The notes: generated by a model from the sequence alone, not told the origin. DNA of 64,000 nucleotides from Felis catus (GCF_018350175.1 NC_058368.1:27654001-27718000); one strand, 5' to 3'; counted from the stretch's first letter, positions 11,930 to 25,097 are shown. Numbers and translations are program-made.

Positions 11930-13400
11930 AGCAAGGCCAAGAGAGAGCACAAAACTGGACTGAAAGGTCACTGAAAGGTGGCTGGAAATGCATGAGCAAG
12001 GAAGACCATGGTATCAGAGAGGCAACTAGGGGCCAGATTGTGGGGGGCCCTGTAAGTAGCAGCAATCTTTAGGATTCTATTCTCAATGGTAGGAGAAACC
12101 AGGGCACTGGAGTCATGTCATTTGGCTTTTGTTTGAAAGGATTACTCTAAATACCATGTGAAGAATAGGAAGAAAGGTGCAGGAGAGAATCAGGAGACCA
12201 GTTAAGAGGAGATAACAATAACCTAGGCAAGAGATGATGGTGGTATGGGCCAACGTGGTAATAGAGGAGGTAGTTTGAAACTGGTCACATTCTAGATGTA
12301 TTCTGAAAGGAAAACTAATAATTTGCTTGGCAGATTACAGAAGGGATATGAAAAAGGGATTAAAGATGATGCAGTAAACACTGCTATACACGTGCAGCTT
12401 CCCCTTCAGACGTGAAGGACTTACTTCGTGGACGTTGGGGCTGTTGCTGGCACACAGCACTCAGCTGTCAGACTCGTTAGAGGAGTTGCCTTGGCTAAAG
12501 AAAGTCAAGCTCAGGCCCCCTTCCCAGGGCAGTTTTCTATTTAATGACTGGTTGATATGGGAGTATAAACATGGTAGTTCATTGAGTTCAGTCCTTAAAC
12601 TTCCTATCTATGTTCACTTATCGAGTGACATCATTCAGTCTTGTGGCTCCTTGCCCCAACCTGGGACAACCACAATGAGCTACCCGTGCTTCAGAGCTCA
12701 CTATGGGGTTGGCTGAGGCCTACTGCAGCCTAAATTGTCCTTCTGTCCTTCCTTCTCTTCCCTTCTGGAGCTGTTGATCCTAAAAGCACTCCCTGATGAA
12801 CTACCAGCTTGCTAATTTCTGTCTGTCTGCTTTGTCTCAGTTCCAGGGAACTTAAACTGCAAATGACTTTAAGGTTTCTGGCCTAAATTGCCAAACTGCC
12901 ACTAAATGACTTAGAGAGGGAGCAGTTGTTTATTGAGGGTAATAGGTATCAGGAGACTGGTTTTGGATATATTGAGTTTGAAATGTCTGTTAAATATCTA
13001 AATGGAAAAGTCTGACCTGGAGATAACATTTAGGAGTCACGAGTATATATAGACAGAATGTAAAGCCATGAGACTGAATGAGATCACCTAAGGAGTAAGA
13101 GTAGGTAAGACGTCCAAACAGCGAGCCCTAGAGATTGCAGGTTTTAGGGGCACACAAATGGAGAGCAATCCGTAAGCAGACTGAGTAGGACCGGCAGTAA
13201 GGCTGAAGGAAAAGCAGCCCAAAGTAAGGAAGGGAAAAAGTTTCAAACACTTCTGTAGGTCAAATCAGATGTGAGCTGAGAACTGACTGCTAGATTTATC
13301 AAAGAGGTCAAAGTCTTTGACAAGAGTCGCAGGGAGTAGGAGTGAGAGTCTGATGAGACTGGGTTTGAGAGAGAACAGGAGAGAAGGAATGGGAGACAGC
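11930..13400 (-). mobile_element. L2 fragment split by an LTR16-like insertion
   Basis: L2 motifs ggagaccagttaagagg, gcaagagatgatggtgg, ttttggatatattgagtttgaaatgtct, aagccatgagactgaatgagatcacc. Confidence 0.75.
12372..12862 (+). mobile_element. LTR16-like ERVL solo LTR
   Basis: ccttgccccaacctgggacaac, gttgatcctaaaagcactccct...ccagggaac 3' motifs. Confidence 0.7.
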
Positions 13401-14384
13401 TCTTTAGGAGCTCGTAACAAAGCAACAGGATGCACGAACTCAACTTTAGAAGGAAAACAAAAAATGCATCGATGACTGTACTGTATACATGTTTCTAAAA
13501 CATGAAACTCTACTTTTGTAAGGAAAGATAAATAAGTGTATGTTTACATAAAACAAACTCTGAAAGTATATATACACTAAAATGTTACTTCTGGTTGGTG
13601 ACGTTATGAATATTTTTTTTTCTTCTTTATTTCCTAAGTTTTCAACAATGAACACAGACTATTCGTATAATTTTTTTAAAAAGGAGGACTAAATAAAAGA
13701 CCAAGAAAACAAACTTAAAAATGAGTCCCAGGGAGCCAGATCTGGTCATTTATATAAGCTGCTCTCTTTGAACAGCTTCATATAAATTTCCACCTGGGAA
13801 TAATTCCCTGGCAATTAATTCATTTTACAAACACTTCAGCACCTATTACATGCCAGCAACATTTCAAAAGAGACAGGTCAAGTTCCATCCTTATCACATA
13901 GATGCTAATGTATCAATGCACCAGTGCCGTGAGGGATATGACGTACTATTTCAAGTTTCAAGTAATTTACAATCTAGAAAGAAAACTAAAAATACCCATC
14001 TCTAAGTTGTAAGGGGAGCAAAAGAACCAAATTATGGAAGTACACATAGTAACCTGGACAAATTATACACACACATGCACGTGGAGATTATATAAAGAAC
14101 GAGGGGACTTCACAGAGGAGTAACAGCCAGTTTTAAGTTTTCTCTCAACAGATCAAAATTTTTACTAGATATGTACCTTACTCCCTGACATTTCTGTAAG
14201 TATTTATTTACCTTAGGGAACTCCAAAATCTCAGCATAATAAACATGATAAACTGATGTTTCATAAAGTGTCACCCCATGAGTCAGAAACTCATTAGCCC
14301 TAACAGCAGGTATTGTATCAGAGCAATTGATTTACTTTCTGGTTTGCCCAGGTAGAAAAGGAGACACAGAAAAAACTACTTAAT

Positions 14385-14617
14385 TTTTTTTAAAATTCTT
14401 TGTAATGTTTATTTATTTTTGAGAGAAACAGAGACACAGCAGAGTGAGTCAGGGAGAGGCAGAGAGAGACAGAATTCGGATTCCACAGAATCCGAAGCAG
14501 GCTCCAGGCTCTGAGCTGTCAGCACAGAGCCTGACACAGAGCTCGAACCCATGGACCGTGAGATCAGGACCTCAGCTGATGTTGGATGCTTAACCGACTG
14601 AGCCACCCAGGTGCCCT
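14385..14617 (-). mobile_element. CanSINE
   Basis: Full body; TSD agaaaaaactacttaa / agaaaaagctacttaa. Confidence 0.92.
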
Positions 14618-15262
14618 AGAAAAAGCTACTTAAAATATAGCATCTAGATGAGACTCATACCCTAAAACACTGACCTTCTTATGAATAAGTTAATCTCTGC
14701 ATATCTATAAGGAACAGTTTAACTATACAAAAACTCCATCAAATAGAGTAAATGGTTATATTTTTCTAACAGAATTTCCAAGAATAGAAACAGGATGCCA
14801 CGACTTTTATGCTGCCATTTGAAATATACCCTGCACGTTACAAATTATTATTTTGTGTTATTCTACCATAAATTATATACATAAACAACATACCTCAAAA
14901 TCATTTTCGTTCTGAAATTAGCATTAAATGCCATGGTGTCACATATTATCAAAGGAGATATGAAATGAACCAAGTTCAACAAAACTTCGTTAATTGGCTC
15001 AGCCAAGAGCTTAAAATACAAAAGCCCTCCACACAACCAAAGAACTATATCATTCCACAATCTTAAGAAGAAATAAATTTACCATAAACTATAATCTCCT
15101 ATTATTTACAATAATCTATTTCGTTTATAGAGCCACAGAGGTACGATTTTAATTTGTGTTGTTTCCATGAAATTCACTTAACCATAAAACAAAAGAAGTC
15201 CAATTTTTAAAAACTATATTCAAATAAAGGGACATTTTCACAAATAGAAAAATAAAAGCCTC

Positions 15263-15490
15263 AGGGCGCCTGAGTGGCTAAGTCGGTTAGATGTCCAACT
15301 TGGGCTCAAGTCATGATCGCACAGTCCGTGAGTTCGAGCCCCGCATCAGGCTCTGTGCTGACAGCTCGGAGCCCGGAGCCTGCTTTGGATTCTGTGTCTC
15401 CCTCTCTCTCTGCCCCTCCCCTGCTCATGCTCTGTCTCTCTCTGTCTCAAAAATAAATAAAAACATTTTAAAAAATTAAAAAGAAAAAGA
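15263..15490 (+). mobile_element. CanSINE
   Basis: Full body; TSD aaaagcctcag. Confidence 0.92.
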
Positions 15491-16270
15491 AAAGCCTCAG
15501 AAGAAGATGAGTGACTTGCGTTTCTTCCCCAGGAAAAAAATTAGGGGTAAACACTGACTGAGTTTATAACAGATACTAACATATGAAAGGTCAAGCAAAA
15601 AAACTACTGGTTCAAAACAGAAGATTGAATTAAAAAAGGTCTTTTGCTTCCTAAAGTGCCTCTGAAATAAGAAGAGAGATATTTTTAAACAGAAAAGTCC
15701 ATATGAGGCCTAGAAAACAAGAAATGAGACAAAGAGAAAACCAGAAAGCTGAAAACAGGTAAGATTACAATTAAAGACACAAAAACATCACTGCAGCTTC
15801 AAACACCAGAGGAAAGTGGAAAAGCCTTCCCAGGAAATAAGGAAAACACTAACTTTAGAGTCAACAAATATAATAATGACATCAGGATAATTACTTAAAC
15901 CAGAACAGCAGAGATGACCATTTCTAACTCCATTAACACAGAGCATAAGGGGCCCACCACCTGCCATTTTTGCCCTCTGGCTAAGAAAAACAACTACTAG
16001 CCTGAGATGTATCTCATTGTGGGTGGTAGGTCCCAACAGAAGCAAAGGAGAGTACTAGCAGATCACACTACAGAACCCAGGAGGCCAGTGAGGGGGACAG
16101 TTATGCCAAGGAATGAAATATACTCAGTGCTTAATCTTTCCTCAACCTCTCTCTGGAGGTCTCAAGCCTGCCTCTGGGTTCCTTGCTTTGGAAAACATGC
16201 CTGTTGACATAAACCATCTTTGTATTCACAGCCCACTATCAACACTCTTGTTCAATTAAAGTGAATGTAC

Positions 16271-16488
16271 AGGGGCGACCTGGGTGGCTCAGTCCATTAA
16301 AGTGTACAACTTTGGCTCAGGTCATGATCTCATGGTCTGTGAGTCCGAGCCCCAGGTCAGGCTCTGTGCTGACAGCTCAGAGCCTGGAGCCTGCTTCAGA
16401 TTCTATGTCTCCCTCTCTCTCTGCCCCTCCCCTGCTTGTGCTCTGCCTCTCAAAAATAAATAAACATTAAAAAAAATTTTTTTAATAA
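16271..16488 (+). mobile_element. CanSINE
   Basis: Full body; TSD taaagtgaatgtac / taaagtgagtttac. Confidence 0.92.
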
Positions 16489-16699
16489 AGTGAGTTTACC
16501 AAACTGTTATACTATTATAACATTTATATTATTCAACTCAGTCCTCACAAACATACACCAATAACCAAGGACTGTCAGACATTTGAACAAATCCAATACC
16601 ACGGGGGGCAACAAAACAGAGGAAAGATGAACAAGTAACAACTGGCTTTTGGAGGAAGGAGGTAAATCAGAAAGCAGAAGAGGACTTGACAATTTTCAA

Positions 16700-17230
16700 A
16701 TTAGTATCTTATATCCATAAAAGAGTAAATTGCTATGAAAAGAGATATTAAATATTACTGAAGTAAAACATTTAGTGATGGATTACATAACAGACTAGCC
16801 ATTGCTAAAACCCAATCTGGTGATCTGGAAGATAAGCTATGGAAATACTGTGGAATGTAAAACAAAAAGATAAGAAGATGAAAAATAAGAAAGAAACTGT
16901 TCAGTGACATAAAGGATAGCCTCAGAGGTCCAATGTGTCTCTAGTAAGAGTTCCAGCAACAGAAAAGAGAGAAAATGTAAAAGAAAAAATAATTAAAGAA
17001 AAAGTATAGGAGAATCTTCTAGAATAAAAGATAGGGAGTTTTCACTTAAATTTCACTGAGAATACCTGTGAAATTTCAGAACATCAGTAATAAAGAAAAA
17101 AAAAAAAAAACCAAAACTTCCAGAGTTAAAAAACAAATAAAAATTGCCAAAAAACTAAAAACCTAAAACACAAACAACGAAAGAAAACCGAAACAGGCTG
17201 CTTACAAAGGAGTAAGAATAAGAACACAAG
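16700..17230 (+). mobile_element. Ancient L1 ORF1-region remnant
   Basis: A-rich with gaggtccaat...agagttccag...agagagaaaatg and gtgaaatttcagaacatc motifs typical of old L1M ORF1. Confidence 0.55.
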
Positions 17231-17324
17231 AAATTCCGGCTGAGAGTCTCAGTTACCAGAAAATGTGGCTGAGAGTATACAGGAAAGCATGTATGTGGGC
17301 ACTGAGGTTCAGTCTGAGCAGAGA

Positions 17325-17416
17325 TTTTTTTTTAAGTAATCTACACTCAATATGGGGTTCAGACTCATGAGCCTAGAGTTGCAGGCTCCACTGACTGAGC
17401 CAGCCAGGTGGCCCCT
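17325..17416 (-). mobile_element. Short tRNA-derived CanSINE
   Basis: ccactgactgagccagccaggtggccc; TSD ctgagcaga. Confidence 0.75.
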
Positions 17417-17702
17417 GAGCAGAAACTTCTGTTCTTCCCTCACACTGGCTCACCAGATTTCCAAGGAGCCAGCAGCTGGTGACTAACAATGAGAGAAAAG
17501 AAACAAACCGTTTAGTAGAGAAGAACTTAAAACATTTACCATCCATGCATTCCATATGAAAAAATTACTCCAGGTAGTATTCAAGAAAAATGGGGGGAAA
17601 AAAAGGTATGAAAATACAAAGATGAGATTTAAGGACAAAGTGATGTTAAATAAAGTACAGAGAAAACAAACTTCAAGAAGAAATTTAAAAAGAACCCATA
17701 GA

Positions 17703-18150
17703 GGGGCGCCTGGGTGGCTCAGTTGGTTAAGCACCTGACTTTGGTTCAGGTGATCATCTAGCAGTTCCTGTGTTTGAGCCTCACGGGGATGGGGGGGAAG
17801 GGGGGGTGGGGCGGCTCTGTGCTGACAGCTCAGAGCCTGGAGCCTGCTTCAGATTCTGTCTCTCTCTCACTGCCCTTCCCCCGCTCACACTGTGTCTCTG
17901 TCTCAAAAATAAACATTAAAAAAATTTTTTTTTCATTTTTTTAAATTTACTTTTGAGACAGAGAGAGAGCATGAGCAGGGGAGGGGCAAAGAGAGAGGGA
18001 GACATAGAATCCTAAGCAGGCTCCAGGTTCTGAGCTGTCAGCACAGAGCCCGAGGCAGGGCTCTAACTCACGGAGTGTGAGATCATGACCTGAGCGGAAG
18101 TCGGATGCTTAACCGACTGAGCCACCCAGGCTCCCTTAAAAAAAATTTTT
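17703..18150. mobile_element. Tail-to-tail CanSINE pair (+ 17703-17925; - 17930-18135)
   Basis: Second SINE inserted in the opposite orientation into the tail of the first; ttaaaaaaattttttt duplicated. Confidence 0.9.
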
Positions 18151-18869
18151 TTTTAAAAACATAGAAACTTGAACCTTGAATGCTTTCCAGGTTCTCTTGA
18201 GCGACAGATTTAGTGGCACACAGTTACAAATTCCTATTTTTTTAACAACCCTATTTGGTTTAATAATGAATCATATTAATAACATCAAAACATTGTAAAT
18301 GCTGTGTTTTATGAAGTTTGACTTTTTGGAATCATTAGTGCCAAGAGAAAGCATGCACATATTTAATTTCTCAGTTTCCCTAGAATTATTAATATTTAAA
18401 GAATTGTTTAAAACACCCTTATCTTCACAGAGGTATAATTATGATGACAGTGACGATGATAAAGATGTTCTAAAAAATATTTTCACTGCAAACTGCAACA
18501 GTAGTATTTTGTGGGGGAAAACAGGGCCAGATTTATCAAAAACTGTTTCTTAACTCAAGCCCACAAAGGAAAAGGAAAGAGGGACACATTATTTCTCTAT
18601 TTAGTATACCCATGACAATCTCTCAAATTATTCTACCTTATCCGTGAGCCTCCACAGAGCAGTGAAAATTTTCTCATTTTCTTGCTCTCTCTTCCTTTAC
18701 AATGTTAAATAATGCAGTTCTACAAAACTTGGGAGTCCTTTATTTATAGCATAAATATATCTACTGAATATCACCTTAACAGAAGAGAAATAATTTCTGA
18801 AATTCTCTCCATTCATTATTTATAAACATATGGAAAGACATAAGTAACACTGAATTAAGGAACTATGCC

Positions 18870-19745
18870 ACTATTTTCATTCCTGTATTTCAAGCCACCA
18901 TTTATCTATTACCTGAAGTATCTCAATACCCTCTTAACTGGATTGAGAGCTTTTACTCTGGCTTGTTCTTGTTGACCCTCCATGCAGCAAAGTGATCATC
19001 TAAAATGCAAATCACGGGCACCTGGGTGGCTCAGTTGGTTAAGCGTCTGACTTCGGCTCAGGTCATGATCTCATGGTTCATGAGTTCGAGCCCCGCATCG
19101 GGTTCTGTGCTGACAGCTCAGCCTGGATAGAGCCTGCTTTGGATTCTGTGTCTCCCTCTCTCTCCGCTCCTGCCCCGCTCACATTCTGTCTCTCAAAAAT
19201 AAATAAACATTAAAAATAAAATAAAATGCAAATCACACTGCCCCCATGCTCAAAACCTTCCAAAAGCTTTCCATTATACTTGAAGTAAAATTCACACTTT
19301 TGATCCTAGTCTATGGGGCCTCAAATGATCTGGTCCCTATTCTACCACTATTCCCTTTGCATATTTCACTGGGGCTATTCTTGCTGCAAAGCTCATTTCC
19401 ACTTCAGGACCTCTGCAGTGTTTCAGTCCCTAGATAGCTCTTTCTTCAGAGATTCACATCTGCTCTCTCATCTTCTCAGTGAGGCCTTCCCTGACCCATC
19501 TAGTATCAATTCCTCTCTGCTGTTATTCTTTAAACTCTTAGCCTGATTCAGTTTTCTTATAAGCAGTCAACACTTCTACATAGTATATACTTTACTTATT
19601 CATTCACTTGTTAATTGTCTGTGTCCACTAAAATATACACTCCTAAGGGCAATATCTTTATATGGTCCTTGACTATACCCCCCCACTCTCCACAGTAATG
19701 TCTGGCATGTAGAAGGCCCTTAATGAATAATTACTGAACGAATGC
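18870..19745 (+). mobile_element. L2 3' fragment containing a CanSINE at 19016-19225
   Basis: L2 motifs ctcagtgaggccttccctgacc and tctggcatgtagaagg...tgaacgaatg; SINE TSD taaaatgcaaatcac. Confidence 0.75.
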
Positions 19746-20682
19746 TAAATACCTATTAATACTGTAGCCAAATAAAATATAAATAGGAACACAGGAAAAA
19801 AAAAACACACATGCTCCCTCTAATCACAGACATACATTTATAGGTCTGCAAAATCACTTGCAGTTCTTTTGGACCTGAGTTTAATTATTTGTATGTCATC
19901 CTTTGAAAGTGTGGTCATTGTTCATGGCTAACTAAGCCTCACAAGCCTGTAATGCCTTTGCTAAAACAAGTCATTCATTCTCCAATTGCTGCAAGCCAAG
20001 TTGATCTATCCCATATCTGCTTCTATTTCCCAGAAGTCAACGATTATGCTGCAACACTTCAGTGAGTTTTCTTTGCATTGTGTCCAGTAGTTACAAACCA
20101 GTCCACTACACAGTAGCTTTTAAGTATCTACTATCATTCATTCTTCACTTACATTTAGCTCAGCAGAGTAGCTACAATGCCTATAGATGAATGTATAAGC
20201 CCTATAGGATTTCAGCATTGGAATCTTATAATTTTATGTTTGAAATGATCAGGCGGTGGTACACGGGGATCAGTTTCAAATTTTAAGATGAAATAAACTC
20301 TTGGGTAAACTCCATCAGGGCAAGGAACTTGTCTGTTTTAGTCATCAACTATATCCAGCTTCTACCACAAGAATTAATATAGACAATCACTAAAAGAATT
20401 AATATTAATTAAACAAGGAAGATAAATTACCTCAAAGTTGGTGTAATACTACTAAGAGAGATATAATAATTAGATGTCAAAATCAGGAATAAGATTAGAA
20501 ATAAAAATAACGTGACTAAGAGACTGAAACAAATCAAGAAATAGACAAACACCCCAAGGGTATCATGAAGAAAGTAAACTACAAATGTTGAAAAATCTAA
20601 GACATTTTCTAAATTACTATCAAATATGGCATATAAACAAAAATCAAAACAAGCCTTCTAACTAAAGCCATCTTTAACTCAC

Positions 20683-20756
20683 AGGAGTGGAAATCTTCTT
20701 TGCCGTTTCTGTGATTACTTGTTCTAGGGGTCTCCAGATCTGAAATGCATAGCGAC
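20683..20756 (-). CDS. DNAJC15: DNAJC15 exon 3 (74 nt, G-RYAFQIWRPLEQVITETAKKISTP)
   Basis: Acceptor gttgtttttttag|GT, donor CCT|gtgagt; phase 1 to phase 0. Confidence 0.96.
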
Positions 20757-20976
20757 CTAAAAAAACAACAGGAATAAGAGCAAACATATTTTCCATAATA
20801 TGGAAAGACAATACCCACAAGGTAGTAACTACAATATTTATCGATAGTTTCTTTTCTATGTATTATTTCAATAACTATTTCAAAATTTACCAGAAAGTTC
20901 TATTTTTCCAAATGTCTGATTTATTGAATGGAGGAAGCATTTCATTTTAACAGAATTAAAATAGTTATTAGATTGA

Positions 20977-21183
20977 GGGATGTCTGGGTGGCTCAGCTGG
21001 TTCAGCATCCAACTCTTGCAGGTCAGGTCATGATCCCAGGGTCGTGGATCGAGCTCTTGCATTGGGCTCTGTGCTGAGCATAAAACCTGCTTGGGATTCT
21101 CTCTTTCTCCCTCTGCCCCTCTCCCCGGCTCGCACATTCTGTCTCTCTCGAAAATAAAAAATAAAATAAAAATAAAAATAAAG
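20977..21183 (+). mobile_element. CanSINE (older type)
   Basis: Head gggatgtctgggtggctcag; (TAAAAA)n tail. Confidence 0.87.
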
Positions 21184-21862
21184 TTATTATTTATCAAGTT
21201 CTAATCAATGATTATAAAATTAGAAAATGTCAATGTTTATGTATAATATCTTCTATTTATACGATAGGATAGGTAACCAAAAAAAAAAAAAAAACATCCT
21301 AGTACTCTAACACAAACTATAGATAAAGTCCTTTTATGTATGTGTAGATTCACACATCTGGTTATCTGTACTGATTTTCCCAGTGATAATCACTTTGAAA
21401 TACTTAAGAGAACAAATACTATTTAGGATCTGTAAAACATAGGAACAATTTAATGGAATTATCTACAAAGTAAAAAGCAACTATGTAAGAAATATTCACC
21501 AAAGATATTTACTGTCAATTTCTCACCAAATTTATTCTCCTAAAAGCATAATTTATTTTGGTGCTTTATTTTCTTAGGTATCCTAATAATTAAAACTCCT
21601 GAGTCATCAATAGCAAAACAGGTCCCAAACTATTTTGAGGGCATAGAACAAGAATAAAATATTACCTGATTAATTTACCTTTTGTACCCTAATCAGCATT
21701 ATGTACCGATCAACAGTAGTGTCTCTCTTCCCAAAAGTCTTGCTAGAAAACCCACTATGATACTCTGGATTTTATTCAATTTCCAACCATAACCTTCTTT
21801 GCAAATCAAGATTTCCACTGGGAAAGCTCAATTACATACACCTCTTAGAAATTTCCTGTCTA

Positions 21863-22088
21863 GGGGCGCCTGGGTGGCTCAGTCGGTTAGGCGTCAGACT
21901 TTGGCCCAGGTCATGATCCCGCGCTTCATGGGTTCAAGCCCCACGTCGGGCTATGTGTTGACAGCTCAGAGCGTGGAGCCGGCTTCAGATTCTGTGTCTC
22001 CCTCTCTCTCTTCCCCTCTCCTGCTTGTACTCTGTCTCCCAAAAGTAAATAAATATTAAAAAAAGAAAACATTAAAAAAAAAAAAGAA
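21863..22088 (+). mobile_element. CanSINE
   Basis: Full body; TSD agaaatttcctgtcta / agaagttacctgtcta. Confidence 0.92.
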
Positions 22089-23726
22089 GTTACCTGTCTA
22101 AACACACTATTATTCCTGTGCAAACAACATGTGAAAAATAGGATGCTAGATATGGGAGATGGGAAATAGTCAATCCACATAGAAGAGAAAAAGTTCTTGA
22201 CCTCAAGGAGGGCATTAAATAAAGGGGAATTAAATAAGTTAAATAAGTGACACTGAATAAGTGAGAGCCTAACTCATCCAAACCTCTTGTCCTATAGATG
22301 TCAATTTCCATTTGATTCTACAATAGTACACAGTATAGCTTTTAAATTATCTCAAAATTTAAAATATAAAAGCACATATAATCAGGCAGTCTTGATGAAA
22401 AAAGTAGGTAAAGTCTTCAACAAGTGACATCTGAAGGTTTACGTTAACCATAAACCAGAAGACCAAGTTCCAACAAGTCTAAGTGTACTTTCTCCTAAAT
22501 TCCATTATTCAGTTGCATTTGGCTCTGGAAGAGAGCTGCCTGCTATTAACATTCTAGTTAGTAATAAGAACTTGGCAAAAGTGTGGTATGTACACAATTC
22601 ACACACCAATTCTTCTCATTTTAGAAAGAAAACCCTAGCAAAAGTACAGCATCTGTCTTTAATTTCAAATAAAAATCTTCCATTTGAATTTCAAAATAAC
22701 TATACCAATTCTGCTAAAATAGTTGATACTAAAATTCACGTTTCATGTTTAGGGCCACGTTTGTCAGAATTCCTTTTTGGACGATAGTCTTCTCAGAAAA
22801 CCTCAGTGTAGTCATCACGATGAGACACAAGACGTTGATGGCACAAAGACCAAGAGAATGTGAACCACTGATCTTGATTTTTAAGTGTTTATGCTTAAGG
22901 TGCTTTAAGAGAGTTGCGTGAAATTAAGTATCATATAAAACAAAACAAAACAACAATCTTTTATGTCCCATTTTGCAATTGGATCTTACCAACTCCACAT
23001 AACCACATGGAATGTAGCTTCGCTTAAAGAGAAGATCCAACAAACAAAATCAAATCCACGAAACTTAAGAGACACAAATGCTAAAACAAAAAATGTAACG
23101 AGAGATGCTCTCAGATCAACACCTGATTAGCAAATAGCTATCCAATTTACAACTGGAAGAGATAATAATTTTGCTTTAAATTTTTATAACTATTCTTTGG
23201 TGATTTGGACAGTAAAAGAAATTCTCCCAAGTTTTCAGAAGAAATTATTACATCAATGTGTTTAAAAAAAATGAAGTAATTAATACATTACAGGGAATAA
23301 CTATGCTCATCAAAAAAAGTGACTGCTCAGGAAATGTGACATCTTACTGCAAGAAAAAAAACAATAAACAAACAAAAAAACAAGGGAGAACAGAGGAACC
23401 CCATATCACTTACATTGCTTCATACTGAAGAATGTTTTTAAAGTACATTATAGTTCAAACTAAAAAAAAAATACTATGAAGATCAACTATTATTGGGGCT
23501 AGTTTTCCTAGCTTCTTATTGTTAATTTTCTTCACTACACAGTTGTCTAGCTTTTGCTACACTGACAAATGTTCAGGGACTATAAATGGAGAAACAAATG
23601 AAAATGTATAATGTCTTAAAACCCAAACCTCAGAATACAGAGGGTATCCTCATGAATCACTATAGAAGCTATTTGGAAATATTTCTCCTGCAACATTTAT
23701 TGAGAAGTATGCTTTACTTATCTTAC

Positions 23727-23778
23727 CTGCAAAGGCAAGAGTTGCAACACCCAGTCCGACAGCTATCAAACTTCTTGC
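23727..23778 (-). CDS. DNAJC15: DNAJC15 exon 2 (52 nt, ARSLIAVGLGVATLAFA-G; transmembrane segment)
   Basis: Acceptor ttttccttcacag|GCA, donor GCAG|gtaaga; in frame with exon 1. Confidence 0.96.
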
Positions 23779-23981
23779 CTGTGAAGGAAAAAAAATGATT
23801 ATCACTTATAGTCTTACACTGGCTTTTTTTTTCAAGTAAACCATTTAAAATAATGAGAATAATTATGTTAAATACTACATTTTACTCAAGCTCTGCTGTG
23901 AAAAACAATTTTTTTTTAAATCTGCAGTGTCTATGGGATTCTACCTGCTGTGTACCGTATTAGCTAATCTTCAGTAAACTT

Positions 23982-24197
23982 GGGGCACCTGGGTGGCTCA
24001 GTCGGTTAAGCATCCAACTTCGGCTCAGGTCATGATCTCATGGCTCGTGAGTCCAAGCCCCGCATCAGGCTCTGTGCTGACAGCTAACAGCCTGCAGCCC
24101 ACTTCAGATTCTCTGTCTCCCTCTCTGTCTGCCCCTCCCCTGCTCATGCTCTGTATCTCTGTGCTTCTAAATAAATAAACATTAAAAAAATTAATTT
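23982..24197 (+). mobile_element. CanSINE about 200 bp from the exon 2 acceptor
   Basis: Full body; TSD ttcagtaaact. Confidence 0.92.
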
Positions 24198-24664
24198 TCA
24201 GTAAACTAAAATTATTCTAGATTTCACTTAATTTCTGTATATATGAATCCATTCTACCCAAGAGCTTTTATGCTAAAATATTTTCTATAGGTTATTCTTA
24301 ATAGTGGTTAAATATATTTATCTTCTACAAAGATAGAAGGAACATATTTCCTTTATATTTGCAATAGCATTTGCTATATTTTAAATTTTGATAAAACATT
24401 AGATCTATGTTTAGTAAAGAAGTCAAAGTGCCAAAAATTAGTAAGAATTATGAATAATTTAAAAGTTAGTTTATTTCTACCTTTACAGACCAATGCAAAG
24501 TTTTTTAAATAAGAGCCAAGAATTTAGAATCCATAAAGTTATGAGCTCATTCTGATCAAAACCTAATTTAAATTGATTATATACTCCATATTATTCTATG
24601 CTTTTCTCCTTTACCATCTCAGAAAAATATTTAAATCAAAACAGATAAGGTTTACATAACAGAG

Positions 24665-25097
24665 CTCAATAGCTCCCCCACCCCAACATCCATTCCCCCT
24701 TTCTTCTCTCGGATCGGGAATTCCTATTTTTAGTCAGACATATTTCCAAGCCTCCCTTAGACTATGACTATGTTAACTAAATACTGGCTTATAAGATATA
24801 AGCAGGGTGGTATATGCAACTTCTGAGAAGTCCTTTGGGGAATGGAAGAAATGTCCTTCTCCTTTTCTATTCCTCCTTCTTACCGGCTAGAAATGTAGAC
24901 ATTCTACCTAGAGCAGCCATGTTGGATAAAGAAGGAAAAACAATGAAATGAAAGGAGACTGTGCCCCAGATGATCAGGGAGACGCCATAGCACCCCAGGA
25001 CTGCCTCTATTTACACAAGATAAAAATAAAATTCTATCTTTGTAAGCCACTATTATTTTTAGGCGCTTGCAGCCAAATCAAATTTTGATGGATACAG
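24665..25097 (+). mobile_element. MLT1-like (MaLR) LTR
   Basis: catatttccaagcctccctt...aagccactattatttt...gcagccaaa...gataca 3' end. Confidence 0.65.
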
